A DNA stretch of 64,000 nt, taken from positions 65,127 to 129,126 of the forward strand of contig CAVQUI010000005.1 in assembly GCA_963716775.1 (NCBI GenBank). The letters are read 5' to 3'. The translations under genes were made by a program, and so were the position numbers. This stretch comes from an uncultured delta proteobacterium. GTDB lineage: Bacteria > Myxococcota_A > Polyangia > Polyangiales > Houyiibacteriaceae. The notes beneath the pieces were generated by a model. It did no database searches. It was not told where the DNA came from and saw nothing but the letters and a program-made list of their open reading frames with translations. Shown here piece by piece: positions 10,171-22,112 of the stretch (the first letter of the stretch is position 1; every line of letters begins with the position of its first letter).

Positions 10171-10827
10171 CTAGACTCCCTGGGCGCTCGCGTCCCAAAT
10201 CACTTTGTGCATTTGCATCTGCACGCGCACCGGCAACTGATCTTCGAGAACCCAGCTCACCAGATCCTTCGGGTCGAGCTCTCCCCAGACGCAACTGAGC
10301 AACACCGCGTTCACCCGATCCGCGAGGCCGTGCTCCTCGATGACGCCCTTGGCCCAGTCGTAGTCGGCGCGATCGGACAGGACGAGCTTGACCTCGTCTC
10401 GCTTGCCGAGGTCCGCGATGTTCTCCCATCGATTTCGCTCAGACTCCCCGCTACCCGGCGCTTTGAGATCCATGATTCGATGCACGCGAGGATCGACCTC
10501 GGAGATGTCACGCTCGCCGCTGGTTTCGAGAAGGATGGTGCGCCCCGAGTCGCAGAGCTCTTTGAGCAGGGGAATCGCGCCGGCCTGCAGGAGCGGCTCG
10601 CCCCCGGTGAGCTCGACGAGCGGCGTCCCATACGAAAGCGCCTTTTTCAAGACCTCGGCGCGCGGCATTTGCGTTCCGCCCTCGAAAGCCTGAGGCGTGT
10701 CACACCAGCGGCAACGCAGGTTGCAGCGAGAGAGCCGCACGAAGGTGCAAGGCAAGCCTGCGAACGTCGACTCGCCTTGAATCGACTCGTAGATCTCGTG
10801 AATCCTTATCTGATCGGCGTCGGGCAT
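10171..10827 (-). CDS. queE: 7-carboxy-7-deazaguanine synthase (radical SAM)
   Basis: MPDADQIRIHEIYESIQGESTFAGLPCTFVRLSRCNLRCRWCDT carries the CX3CX2C cluster, and LTGGEPLL is present. Start ATG at 10827 lies 2 nt after the upstream stop. Confidence 0.8.
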   Translation of the reverse strand: MPDADQIRIHEIYESIQGESTFAGLPCTFVRLSRCNLRCRWCDTPQAFEGGTQMPRAEVLKKALSYGTPLVELTGGEPLLQAGAIPLLKELCDSGRTILLETSGERDISEVDPRVHRIMDLKAPGSGESERNRWENIADLGKRDEVKLVLSDRADYDWAKGVIEEHGLADRVNAVLLSCVWGELDPKDLVSWVLEDQLPVRVQMQMHKVIWDASAQGV

Positions 10828-10829
10828 CT

Positions 10830-12143
10830 TCAGCGCGGGTTGCGGGTGATGAGAATCAGCATCTGTCCCTCCTGCGCAGCACGCTCGGGAACCTCGACGA
10901 TCAGATCCCACATTCCAGGCTGGGCATCCAGCTCCAAGGTCTGAGTGCGCCGGCGGACACAGCGCTCGCCATCTTCCTCGACTCGAACCCAGAGAACCCG
11001 GTGCTTGTAGCCGGCAAGGTCCAAAGCAGACGCCCGAAGCCGAGTGCGCTCGCCGAGCTCGACCCGGTGACGGTAAAAACGGGAGCCCGACTGGGAGGCG
11101 CCGCAGTTCTTGGGGAGGGCCTCGGCGGGGGGAGACTGGTTTTGGAGACGAGATCGGAGAAGGGGAAAGGATCGGGGACCGGGTCAGTGCCAGTGCCAGT
11201 GCCAGTGCCAGTGTCAGTGCCAGCGTCAGTGTCAGTGTCAGTGCCAGCGTCCAGTGTCAGTGCCAGCGTCAGTGCCAGTGCCAGCGTCAGTGCCAGCGTC
11301 AGTGCCAGCGTCAGTGCCAGCGTCAGCGCCAGCGTCGGTGCCCCTGTCCTCCGCCGCCACGACGCTCCGTAGCGCGTCCAGCATCTCCAGCGTCAACAGA
11401 TTCCTCACATTGTTCCCGTAGCGCAGGCCCGTCTCCGTCAACTGACACGCTGCGTGCAAGCCACCCTGTCCCAGCACGTTCGGGTGCACACCGTCTCGCG
11501 CAAGCCCTTTGCGCGGCAAGGCGCTCAGCGCGGCGTGGTAGTCGATGAACGGGAGTGACCAGTGCTCAGCAACCGCTTCGGTGATCGCATTGAAGCGTCT
11601 GATCCATCGGTCCTTGTGGGCGTTTCTTCTTGGCAGCGCCGAACCGAGGATCGGGACGACGCCCATCGACTCCAGCTCTTCGACCACGTACACCAGGCGC
11701 TTCAAGTAGACGCGCTCGTTTTCGTTTTGCGCATCGTTGGCGCCGAACAAGACTAGTGCCCAGCGTGCCTGAGTGAGCTCGAGCTCTTTGCGGAAGCTGG
11801 CGGGACGTCCGCTTAGGACATAACGGAGGTTCCAGCTCACGCCGGCCGCTTGGCTTTCGCGGTTGAAGGAATTGCGCCGGCCGTTTGCGAAGATCGCCAG
11901 GGTCTCGGAAAGAGCCTCGTATTCGCCGAGCTCGACGTGGGGTGCCGCGAAGCAGTGCAGGAATGCTTTGCTCGCGACGCTCGAGCCGCCCATCTTTGAG
12001 AACACGTCGTCGAGCAGCTCGGGATTGCGGGCGTGAATCTCCCTAACGTGCTCGGCGACCTCGCGATTCAGCTCGAGCGGTGCGGCCCGAACGCTTCCCG
12101 CGAGAGCCAAGGTCGCCAGGAGAGCGAGCGCAGCGGGCCTCAT
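10830..12143 (-). pseudogene. Secreted SGNH/GDSL-like hydrolase, (DAGT)n/(GT)n linker and small C-terminal domain; two compensating single-base frame breaks
   Basis: Signal peptide MRPAALALLATLALAGSVRA. SGNH blocks present: GGSS, LFGANDA, DGVHPN. The repeat linker follows. An extra base at ~11251 truncates the frame (stop 11238). A G6 run at 11127-11132 restores the original frame, which then encodes ..AEALPKNCGASQSGSRFYRHRVELG...MLILITRNPR (stop 10830). Total length is 3n. Confidence 0.55.
11184..11340. repeat. Tandem 6/12-nt repeat (GTCAGTGCCAGC-type), encoding (DAGT)n and (GT)n on the minus strand
   Basis: Directly visible run of cagtgc/cagcgt/cagtgt hexamers over ~157 bp inside the hydrolase gene. 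Confidence 0.95.
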
Positions 12144-13018
12144 CGAATCGCACTCGCAGGGATGGTGTAGAGCCGGCTGGGCTCGCCCGTAGCGCCCCGG
12201 TGCTTGTTGTCGGTGACGACGACCGCCGACCCGTCCCCCATCCAGACGAGCCCTTCGAAGTTCGGTAGCGGTGAGACGAGCTCGGACAGATCTGCGACGA
12301 GGGTCGGTTCGATCCACTGCCCCTCGGGTCCCCTGGGGATTTGGAAACGAATGAGGCGCGAGACGCCGTAGTGGCGCTCGACGGCGATCGCCACGACCGC
12401 CTCGCCGATGAGCTTGCAGCTCAGTGCCGCGAGCTTCCCTGTCTTGCTCGTGAGCTGCACCCGGTGCGCGGTCCAAGCCTGCGTCTTCGGATCAAACATC
12501 CCAACGGGTGCCCATCGGCGATTGCGTTGCGGTTCCACGAGCTCCGTCGCCAACACGAGGAGGCCATCTACGTGACAAATCCCTTCGATGCCACGGTTAT
12601 CTGGAGCGGTCAGCTGCCAGCGCGCGTAGTCGAGGTGGCCGACGGCGGTCACCACGAATCTTCCGGCGTCGAGCCTGCCATCGAGGAGCACATCCTGGAG
12701 CCGTCCCCTCTCCTGGGTCTCGGTGCCGAGCAGGAATCGCGTCCCGTCGACCCAGGCCATGGCCTCGAGATCGGTCCCGGGCGGCGTGCCCACCACAGCG
12801 TAGCGGGTGACGCCGAAGGTCTCAGGATCGATCCGGATGACCGACCCCCCGTCTTCGCCCGGAGCCCAAAAAGCACCGTGATCGTCCGAGGTCAGCCCGG
12901 ATAGACCGGGGACCTCGGAATCCAAAGTGACGATGCGCCCCGGACCCTGTGGCTCCCTTTTGGTGCAGCCGGCGCAGGTGAGCAGGAGCACCACCGCAAG
13001 TGCCGCCCCCACGCGCAC
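12140..13018 (-). CDS. Beta-propeller lipoprotein (SdiA-regulated/YjiK- or phytase-like repeat family)
   Basis: Likely GTG start at 13018, 2 nt after the thiolase stop. Lipobox VVLLLTCAGC. Repeated blade-like motifs LSGLT, DLEAMAW, NRGIEGIC, NFEGLVW. The stop overlaps the next start (ATGA at 12140-12143). Confidence 0.5.
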   Translation of the reverse strand: MRVGAALAVVLLLTCAGCTKREPQGPGRIVTLDSEVPGLSGLTSDDHGAFWAPGEDGGSVIRIDPETFGVTRYAVVGTPPGTDLEAMAWVDGTRFLLGTETQERGRLQDVLLDGRLDAGRFVVTAVGHLDYARWQLTAPDNRGIEGICHVDGLLVLATELVEPQRNRRWAPVGMFDPKTQAWTAHRVQLTSKTGKLAALSCKLIGEAVVAIAVERHYGVSRLIRFQIPRGPEGQWIEPTLVADLSELVSPLPNFEGLVWMGDGSAVVVTDNKHRGATGEPSRLYTIPASAIR

Positions 13019-13020
13019 GC

Positions 13021-14337
13021 TCAGTGGACCGCTTCGAGCACGGCCGCTGCCCCGAGACCGCCAGCCGCGCAGATCCCGAGCAGAGCCGTCTCTTTGCCGC
13101 TGCTCGCAAGCTCGTTGGCTACCGTGGTCACCATTCGCGCGCCCGTGGCTCCGAACGGATGTCCGAGCGAAAGCGAGCCACCGTAGATGTTGAAGCTGTC
13201 CTCGTCTATTTCGCCGACGGCCTTGCTCCTGCCAAGCCTCAGCTCGGCAAAGCCCTTGCTCGCAAGCGCCTTGGTCACCGAGAGCACCTGCGCCGCGAAC
13301 GCTTCGTGCATGTCGACCATGCTCATGTCCTTGAGCTCCATGCCCGCGCGGTCGAGCGCCTGCGGCATCGCCAGGGCAGGCCCGATCAGCAACTGATCTG
13401 CCGGGTCGACACCGACGTACGACCAACTGCGGAACGCAGCGAGCGGCTTGTATCCGAGGGCGCGCGCCTTGTCTTCGCTCATCAACAAGACCGCTGCCGC
13501 ACCATCCGTCAAAGGCGACGCATTGCCCGCGGTGACGGTACCGTCCTTCGAGAACACAGGACGGAGCTTCGAGAGTTTCTCGAAAGTGGTATCGCCTCGA
13601 ACGAGGTTGTCGGCGTGCACCCAGCCGTCTGGCGCCTCCACTGCCGTGACCTCGTGATCGAAACGACCTGAGGCGATCGCTTGGGCCGCGCGATGATGCG
13701 AACGCTCCGCGAAACGATCCTGCGCCTCGCGCGTGATCTCGTTGCGTTTCGCCATCGATTCGGCGGACTCGCCCATCACCTCACCGGTCGTGCGCTCCGC
13801 AATTTTGGGCATCTTCGGGAGAATTTCGGTGATCGGCATCAACTGGGACAGGACCCCGAGATAGTCGGCAGGCGTGGAGGCCTTCCCGAACGCAAGCGGG
13901 GCGAGCGCGTGAACCGCCTTCTGCGGCAGGTTGAGCGCGGCGTTGCTCGTAGAGTCCGAACCACCCGCGATCACCACGTCCGCCTCCCCACGCTCGATCG
14001 CCGCAGCCGCGAGGGTGACGGCTTGCAGACCCGACGCGCAGGCGCGGGTGCAGGTCATGCCTTCGACGCTCGGCGGAAGACGCAAGTCGAGCGCAATCTC
14101 CCGCGCAATGTTGGGCGCGTGCGAAGGCAGGATGACTCCGCCCCAAACGATGCTGTCGATCTCTTGGTGCGGAACGTCCGTCTGCTCGAGGAGCGCTCGC
14201 ACGGCGATGTCACCCAGGTCGATGCTGTCGAGCTTGAGGAACTTCCCGAAGGCTTTGACGAACGGGGTCCGGACACCAGCTACGACGACTGCACGTCGCT
14301 TCTTCCCCCAACCATTCTTCTTCTTAGCCATGTTCAT
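13021..14337 (-). CDS. Acetyl-CoA C-acyltransferase (FadI-type thiolase)
   Basis: MNMAKKK..RAVVVAGVRTPF, catalytic Cys context CTRACASGL, C-terminal GHPFGATGAR and [10 protein letters not shown]. The ATG at 14335-14337 overlaps the upstream TGA. The longer 640-aa ORF extension overlaps the upstream gene and is not coding. Confidence 0.9.
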   Translation of the reverse strand: MNMAKKKNGWGKKRRAVVVAGVRTPFVKAFGKFLKLDSIDLGDIAVRALLEQTDVPHQEIDSIVWGGVILPSHAPNIAREIALDLRLPPSVEGMTCTRACASGLQAVTLAAAAIERGEADVVIAGGSDSTSNAALNLPQKAVHALAPLAFGKASTPADYLGVLSQLMPITEILPKMPKIAERTTGEVMGESAESMAKRNEITREAQDRFAERSHHRAAQAIASGRFDHEVTAVEAPDGWVHADNLVRGDTTFEKLSKLRPVFSKDGTVTAGNASPLTDGAAAVLLMSEDKARALGYKPLAAFRSWSYVGVDPADQLLIGPALAMPQALDRAGMELKDMSMVDMHEAFAAQVLSVTKALASKGFAELRLGRSKAVGEIDEDSFNIYGGSLSLGHPFGATGARMVTTVANELASSGKETALLGICAAGGLGAAAVLEAVH

Positions 14338-15758
14338 GCTCCTATCAGTGCGCCGCCACAGACGCGAATGGTTTGACCGCTGAGGCCTACGGCGCCGGGT
14401 GTTGCCAAAAAGGTGATCGCCTGACCGACGTCTTCGGGCTTGCCGCCCTGCCCTACCGCGGCCATGCGGCGCGCGACCTCTCGGAGCGCTACCGGCATTG
14501 CATTGGTGAGCCGCGTCTCGATGAAGCCCGGCGCGATCGCGTTGACGGTAATGCCCTTCTTGGCGACCTTGGCAGCGAGCGCCTCGACAAAGCCGACGAT
14601 GCCCGCCTTGCCCGCCGAATAGTTCGTTTGCCCGCGATTGCCGGCGATTCCGGAGACCGACGAGAGGCAAATGACCCGCCCACCTGGCCTGAGCACCTCG
14701 TCCCGAAGCAGCGTGTCGGTGATGCGAATGACAGCGCCGAGATTGATGTCGACCGCCATGTCCCAGGCGTCGGGCGTCATGCGCCCGAGTGTCTTGTCGC
14801 GTGTCACTCCGGCGTTGTGCACCACGACATCCACGCCACCGAAGCGCTCCTTGAGCTCGGCGGCGATTCGTTCCGGCGCATCCACGTCGGTGATGTCGAC
14901 CAGAAGTGTGGAGCCGCCGATCCGCTGCGCGACCTTGCTGCACGGCGCGTCATCGGCCGGCCGGTCGAGACAAACCACATGCGCGCCTTCGGCGGCGAGA
15001 AGCTCGGCGGTCGCCTCGCCAATGCCGCGCGCCGCACCGGTGACGAGCGCCACCTTTCCACCCAGCACGTGCGTGTCTGGCGCCTCTTCACCCTTGGCGA
15101 GAGCCGTGACGTGAAATGGCTGGCAGCTGATGTATGCCGAACGCGGGGACAAGAGGAAGCGAAGAACCGCGTCGAGTCGCGGCTCGGCGCCTTCTTGTAC
15201 GAACACAGAGTTCGCAATCGATCCGTTGGCGCCAATTTCCTTTGCGAGGCTCCGGGTGAAGCCTTCGAGGCCCGCGCGGGTTGCCGCATGAACTGGCTTC
15301 TTGGCGTCTGCGGCGGGACGACCGATCACCACGACCCGTCCGGAGCGATTGAGCCGGCGAATCCAGGGATGGATGAAGGCATAGAGTTGGTGAAGGTCCT
15401 CGGGAGTCTCGAGTCCCGTCCCGTCGAACACGATGGCGTCGATGCGCTCGCCTTCCGGCGCCTCGCCAGGCGCTACGAGCTTCGGCGCCCTCGCCCAAGC
15501 CTCACCGGGGCCTGCAAAAGGTTGCAAGGCGGCTTCCGAGGTCCCGACGACCCAGGGATTGGCGCCGGCCTTGGTCAGGATCTGGGCAAGCACGCCCTGT
15601 AGCGCGCCAACGCCGCAGACCAGCACCTTCTTGTCGTCTAGGGGCCGCTCCTCGTAGGGGCCTTTGGCCCGCGCCAGCTTCTCCGGCACAGGAATCGGGA
15701 GGCCAAGGGTCTTGACCAGTTTTCGCGCGTTCTCGTTTTCGAGCAGAAGATCCGTCAT
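14334..15758 (-). CDS. High-molecular-weight 3-oxoacyl-(ACP/CoA) reductase, FabG4-like SDR with N-terminal extra domain
   Basis: Intact 474 aa. The C-terminal SDR has VTGAARGIG, NAG and YSAGKAG (Y-x3-K). The ~230-aa N-terminal domain and adjacency to a MaoC dehydratase match the mycobacterial fabG4-htdX arrangement. Confidence 0.8.
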   Translation of the reverse strand: MTDLLLENENARKLVKTLGLPIPVPEKLARAKGPYEERPLDDKKVLVCGVGALQGVLAQILTKAGANPWVVGTSEAALQPFAGPGEAWARAPKLVAPGEAPEGERIDAIVFDGTGLETPEDLHQLYAFIHPWIRRLNRSGRVVVIGRPAADAKKPVHAATRAGLEGFTRSLAKEIGANGSIANSVFVQEGAEPRLDAVLRFLLSPRSAYISCQPFHVTALAKGEEAPDTHVLGGKVALVTGAARGIGEATAELLAAEGAHVVCLDRPADDAPCSKVAQRIGGSTLLVDITDVDAPERIAAELKERFGGVDVVVHNAGVTRDKTLGRMTPDAWDMAVDINLGAVIRITDTLLRDEVLRPGGRVICLSSVSGIAGNRGQTNYSAGKAGIVGFVEALAAKVAKKGITVNAIAPGFIETRLTNAMPVALREVARRMAAVGQGGKPEDVGQAITFLATPGAVGLSGQTIRVCGGALIGA

Positions 15759-15764
15759 TCGAGC

Positions 15765-16661
15765 TCAGCTCCTCACTGAATAGGTTCCAACTAGATAGGC
15801 GGGGCCGCCGGGCGCGTCCCCTACGAACACACTGTCATCCTCGATGTAGAGGCCGACCTTGGCCGGGAGCACCAAGGGCTTCGTAAACTTCACGTCGATC
15901 GATTCGAGCCGGCTCACGTCGCCGGAGAAGAGCGAACGGTTCAAGCCTTCGATGGCACGAGCCATCGTGGAGAAGCCGTGGTTGATGATGTTAGGAAAGC
16001 CGTTGGCACGAGCCGCGGGCGGAATCCAATGAATCGGATTGAAGTCGCCGGTGAGCTTGGCGAACTCCAGGCCGACGTGAGTCCCGAGCTTCCAACGTGC
16101 GAGCTCTTTGGCCATGACCGGAACGCGCGGTCGATCGTCTTTGCGCTTGGCCGACTTGTCGCCACCGCCCAGCGGGACGATGCCGTAGACATCGCAAACG
16201 ATCGCTTCGGGATGAGTCGAGGTCGACGTCGTCGCGCGCTGATGAACCACTGCGCGTCGACCGTTGTCGTCGATGTCGAGGAGCTGCACCTTGAGCTCAT
16301 AGGGCTCGCCGAGCGGGAGAGGCGCGTTCATCTGCAGGCGGCTGCCACCGTTGAGAACACGCTGGATCGGGTACTGGAGCCCTTCGATGCCGCGCGCCTG
16401 GAGCGGGAAGACCCACTGCGGGAACAGATGAGCAGGGACCTGGCCCCTGTACCAACCAGGGTCTCCGCCTACGTGGCGAATGTAATCGCGAACCAGGTCG
16501 GCGGGTCGCGGGGGGATACTCGCGGAAATGATCGGGCCGGGAACCTGGGCCGGCGCCTTGTTGGGTTGCCCGGACGCGCTCTTCACGGCGACGAAAGCCG
16601 CCCGAGCAAGGGCGCCGAGCATCGGCCCCTGGTGGAGGATGTAACGCGAAGGTACCGCCAT
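15765..16661 (-). CDS. MaoC-like (R)-specific enoyl-CoA hydratase/3-hydroxyacyl dehydratase (HtdX-like)
   Basis: Start ATG at 16661 (MAVPSRYILHQ). Hydratase-2 motif LTGDFNPIHW is present. Confidence 0.8.
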   Translation of the reverse strand: MAVPSRYILHQGPMLGALARAAFVAVKSASGQPNKAPAQVPGPIISASIPPRPADLVRDYIRHVGGDPGWYRGQVPAHLFPQWVFPLQARGIEGLQYPIQRVLNGGSRLQMNAPLPLGEPYELKVQLLDIDDNGRRAVVHQRATTSTSTHPEAIVCDVYGIVPLGGGDKSAKRKDDRPRVPVMAKELARWKLGTHVGLEFAKLTGDFNPIHWIPPAARANGFPNIINHGFSTMARAIEGLNRSLFSGDVSRLESIDVKFTKPLVLPAKVGLYIEDDSVFVGDAPGGPAYLVGTYSVRS

Positions 16662-16769
16662 ATCGATTCTCCCGAGTCGCCGGTGCGCTGGAGCTCCTAG
16701 CGCCCGACCCGGCTCTCTACCATTTGGTAGAGAGCCACGCAAACCCGGTCCCGCTGCTAGGCTTCAGCG

Positions 16770-18832
<2,063 letters not shown>

Positions 18833-18843
18833 CGGTCGCCTAG

Positions 18844-19446
18844 CTAGTTCGCGACGGCCCAGAGGTCGACGGACACGGCAATGTCGTTCGCGACCTTCAG
18901 CCGGACGATCGACGGAACCGAGATATTGTGGTCTTCGAGCGCCGCGGTGAACTTCGCCTTGATGTGAAGCTGATTGCCGGACCAGTTCACGGTCCCCTTC
19001 GCGATGACGGGCTTGCTCACACCGTGAGCGGTGAACTTTCCCTTCACCTGAACCTTGCGGTCCTTGCCCGGCTTGAGCTCCTGCGAATCCTTCTTGCCCA
19101 GGATGACTTCAGTGATCTCGAAATGGATGTTCGGGGTCTTCTTGGCGTCGAGCCACCCGTCGCCTTGCAGGTGCTCGTCGCGCAGGTCGTTGTCGGTAGT
19201 CATCGAAACGACCGGTACTTCGAATGAGCCCCTCGTCTTGCTGATGTCCGCCGGATCGACGGTCAGGGTGCCGCTCACCTTCGAGCTTTTCCCCGTCATC
19301 GTCTCGAGCGGCGCGTCCGAGACGAAAACCACACGGCTTTTGCCGTCGGGTTGGACTCGAAACGTCGTCGCATCGGCCTGAGAAACCGCCGGGACTGCCA
19401 TGCACGCAGCCAACATCAGACCGACTCTGGTGGCATTCTTCATCAT
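18844..19446 (-). CDS. YceI family periplasmic protein
   Basis: MMKNATRVGLMLAACMAVPAVSQA is a signal peptide. Family-typical stretches follow: SRVVFVSDAPLETMTGKSSKVSGTL, MTTDNDLRDEHL, KTPNIHF. Confidence 0.8.
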   Translation of the reverse strand: MMKNATRVGLMLAACMAVPAVSQADATTFRVQPDGKSRVVFVSDAPLETMTGKSSKVSGTLTVDPADISKTRGSFEVPVVSMTTDNDLRDEHLQGDGWLDAKKTPNIHFEITEVILGKKDSQELKPGKDRKVQVKGKFTAHGVSKPVIAKGTVNWSGNQLHIKAKFTAALEDHNISVPSIVRLKVANDIAVSVDLWAVAN

Positions 19447-19506
19447 TTGCTCGTTCCCCCTTGCCCTCAAGTATGCCGGTTTTGGACGGGCGCTTCACCC
19501 CTGTAT

Positions 19507-21100
19507 TCACGCGGCCGCCACGATCCGGGCGGTCTCGTGGAAGGTCCAATTCTCGTTGTCGCGCTCGGCGCGGCCGAGCTCCCACTGATCGCGAAACAGC
19601 GCGACCGGGCGATTATCCCGGTCGACGACGGCCATCGGGACTCGTTTCGCCTTCAGTTCCTTACAGTCCGCCGCCCCAGTCACCCAGCGCGCGTGCTGGT
19701 AGGGCAGCAGGTCGAATGTGACCCTAGCGCCATACTCGTGCTCGAGACGGAACATGAGCACATCGAACTGCAAGCGACCCACAACGCCGCACACCGGATC
19801 CTTCTCGCGACCCGGCTCCACGAAGAGCTGCACGGTGCCTTCTTCCGAAAGCTCCTGGATGCCTTTTTTGAGTTGCTTCCGCTTGAGCGGATCGAGGAGC
19901 TGCAGACGCCCGAAGTGCTCCGGTGAGAACTGCGGAACCGCGTCGAAGCTCATCGGTCCGTTCGTCGAGAGCGTGTCACCGATTCGGAAGAGCCCTGGGT
20001 CGTAGAGGCCCACGATGTCGCCCGCGTACGCTTGCAGCACGCTCTCGCGCTCTTGCGCGAAGAACTGCTCGGCCCGATTGAGACGGATCTCCTTTGCCGA
20101 GCCGGAAGTGGTGGACGCGCATCCCGCCTTCGAACTTGCCAGAGCAGATTCGAGCGAACGCGATCCGGTCCCGGTGGGACGGATCCATGTTGGCCTGCAC
20201 TTTGAACACGAATGCGCTGAAACGATCGTCGCCCGGGCTCACGACCACGTCTCCGGTCGCTTCGCGCTTGCCGGGCGGGGGGCAAAGGCCCTTGAACGAA
20301 CGCAAGAAGGGCTCGACGCCGAAGTTGGTGAGGGCGCTTCCGAAGAACACCGGCGTGATTTCACCGGCGAGGAAGCGCTCTTCGTCCCATTCCTCGCCGG
20401 CACCGTCGAGGAGCTCGACCTCGTCACGTAGAGTTTGCGCTGGCTCTTCGCCGAGCAGCGCGTCGAGCTCGGGGTCGTCGAGGCCGGTGACTTTCATCAC
20501 CGCGCGCTTCGCCTGGCCCTCGGACGAGCGCTCGAAACGAATCACGAGCTTGTTGATGCGATCGTAGACCCCTTGGAACAAATCGCCGCTTCCGATCGGC
20601 CAAGTGAACGGCACCGTGCTCACGCCGAGCACTTCTTCGACCTCGCTCATCAAGGCGAAGGCATCGCGGGCGGGTCGATCCATCTTGTTGATGAAGGTGA
20701 CGACCGGCGTGTTGCGCATCCGGCACACGTGAAAGAGTTTGCGCGTCTGCGGCTCGACGCCCCTTGCGGCGTCGAGAATCATGATGCCGCAGTCGGCCGC
20801 CATCAGCGTGCGATAGGTGTCCTCGCTGAAGTCGTTGTGGCCCGGCGTGTCGAGCAGGTTCCAGCGAATGTCGTCGTACTCGAACTGCAAGACCGAGGTC
20901 GTGACCGAAATGCCGCGCTGCTTTTCGAGCGCCATCCAATCGCTGACGGCCGAGCGCTTTGCCTTGCGCGACTTGACCGCGCCGGCCGCATGAATGGCAC
21001 CCCCGTAGAGCAGAAGCTTCTCGGTCAATGTCGTCTTACCGGCATCCGGATGCGAGATGATCGCAAAAGTGCGGCGGCGCTCGTATTCGTTCTGGCCCAT
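19507..21100 (-). pseudogene. prfC: Peptide chain release factor 3, interrupted by one extra base near 20091-20092
   Basis: N-terminal GTPase region: RRTFAIISHPDAGKTTLTEKLL, DTPGHNDF, NKMDR. The text ..MRVHHFRLGKG then runs out of frame. Deleting one G restores ..GKEIRLNRAEQFFAQERESVLQAYAGDIVGLYDPG.., which continues into ORF 19507-20040. Length is 3n+1. Confidence 0.9.
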
Positions 21101-21170
21101 GCCCGGGCGGCAAGATAGTCACTGTGGTCGGTTGCGCCAGTCCGCGAACGTGCTGTCATTCGCGCTGCCA

Positions 21171-22112
21171 ATGGCGGGGCTATTTCCAGAGATCGAGCCG
21201 TACGATGCCGGGCACCTCCGGGTCGATGAGGTGCATTCGGTCTACTTCGAGCAATGTGGCAATCCCAAGGGGAAGCCAGCGGTTTTCGTACATGGAGGGC
21301 CAGGCGGCGGTTCTAGCCCAGTGCACCGCAGGTTCTGGGACCCTGATGAGTACCGCATCATTCTCTTCGATCAGCGCGGCTGCGGCCGCAGCACCCCCCA
21401 CGCGGAGCTGCAAAACAACACGACCTGGGATCTGATCGCCGACATGGAGCGACTCCGGGAGCACCTCGGCATCGAGCGCTGGCAGCTGTTCGGTGGCTCA
21501 TGGGGAAGCACACTCTCGCTAGCCTACGCCCAAGAACATCCGGAACGCGTCACAGACATGGTGCTGCGGGGCATCTTCCTGCTCAGGCAACGCGAGATCG
21601 ACTGGTACTACCAAGAAGGGGCGAGCCGAATCTTCCCTGAGGCTTGGCAGAAGTATCTCGAGCCGATTCCGGCAGAGGAGCGGGGCAACCTGGTCGACGC
21701 GTACTACCGCCGCCTCACCAGCACCGACCGCTCAGAGCGCATTCGAGCGGCGCGCGCATGGAGCATGTGGGAAGGCAGCACCAGCAGACTCGTCCCCGAC
21801 CCGGCGCTGATCGAACGCACGGGCGATGCAACCTTCGCTGAGGCGTTCGCCCGCATCGAGTGCCACTACTTCATCAACGGCGGCTTCTTCCAAGACGACA
21901 ACCAGCTCCTACGCAACATCGACCGCATCCAGCACATCCCGGCCCTCATCGTCCAAGGCCGCTACGACATCGTCTGCCCAGCCGAAAGCGCCTACGAGCT
22001 CCACCGCGCCTGGCCCCGCAGCACCCTAAAAATCGCCCCCCACTCCGGCCACTCCGCCCTAGAACCAGAAATCACCGAATTGCTCATAAGGGGACACTCT
22101 CCTACCCCCTAA
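21171..22112 (+). CDS. pip: Prolyl aminopeptidase (proline iminopeptidase)
   Basis: MAGLFPEIEPYDAGHLRV..., HGGPGGG, nucleophile elbow GGSWGSTL, C-terminal HSGHSA. The last ~7 codons (RGHSPTP) are encoded by the left arm of the inverted repeat at 22091-22264. Confidence 0.9.
   Translation: MAGLFPEIEPYDAGHLRVDEVHSVYFEQCGNPKGKPAVFVHGGPGGGSSPVHRRFWDPDEYRIILFDQRGCGRSTPHAELQNNTTWDLIADMERLREHLGIERWQLFGGSWGSTLSLAYAQEHPERVTDMVLRGIFLLRQREIDWYYQEGASRIFPEAWQKYLEPIPAEERGNLVDAYYRRLTSTDRSERIRAARAWSMWEGSTSRLVPDPALIERTGDATFAEAFARIECHYFINGGFFQDDNQLLRNIDRIQHIPALIVQGRYDIVCPAESAYELHRAWPRSTLKIAPHSGHSALEPEITELLIRGHSPTP

Noticed and set aside
11184-11340. The tandem repeat considered as a possible CRISPR array, and the + strand ORFs 11001-11372 and 11110-11421 (PVPVPV / SASVSASV) considered as genes.
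   Set aside because: The units are 6/12 nt with no spacers, so this is not a CRISPR array. The + strand ORFs are the reverse-complement reading of the (DAGT)n linker of the minus-strand hydrolase.
19976-20110. Whether the prfC frameshift could be programmed recoding, by analogy with RF2.
   Set aside because: Programmed +1 frameshifting is established for prfB (RF2) at a CUU-UGA-C site with an upstream SD. Here the gene is RF3, no in-frame stop or slippery motif of that kind is present, and the lesion is a simple extra G. A plain indel is the parsimonious reading.
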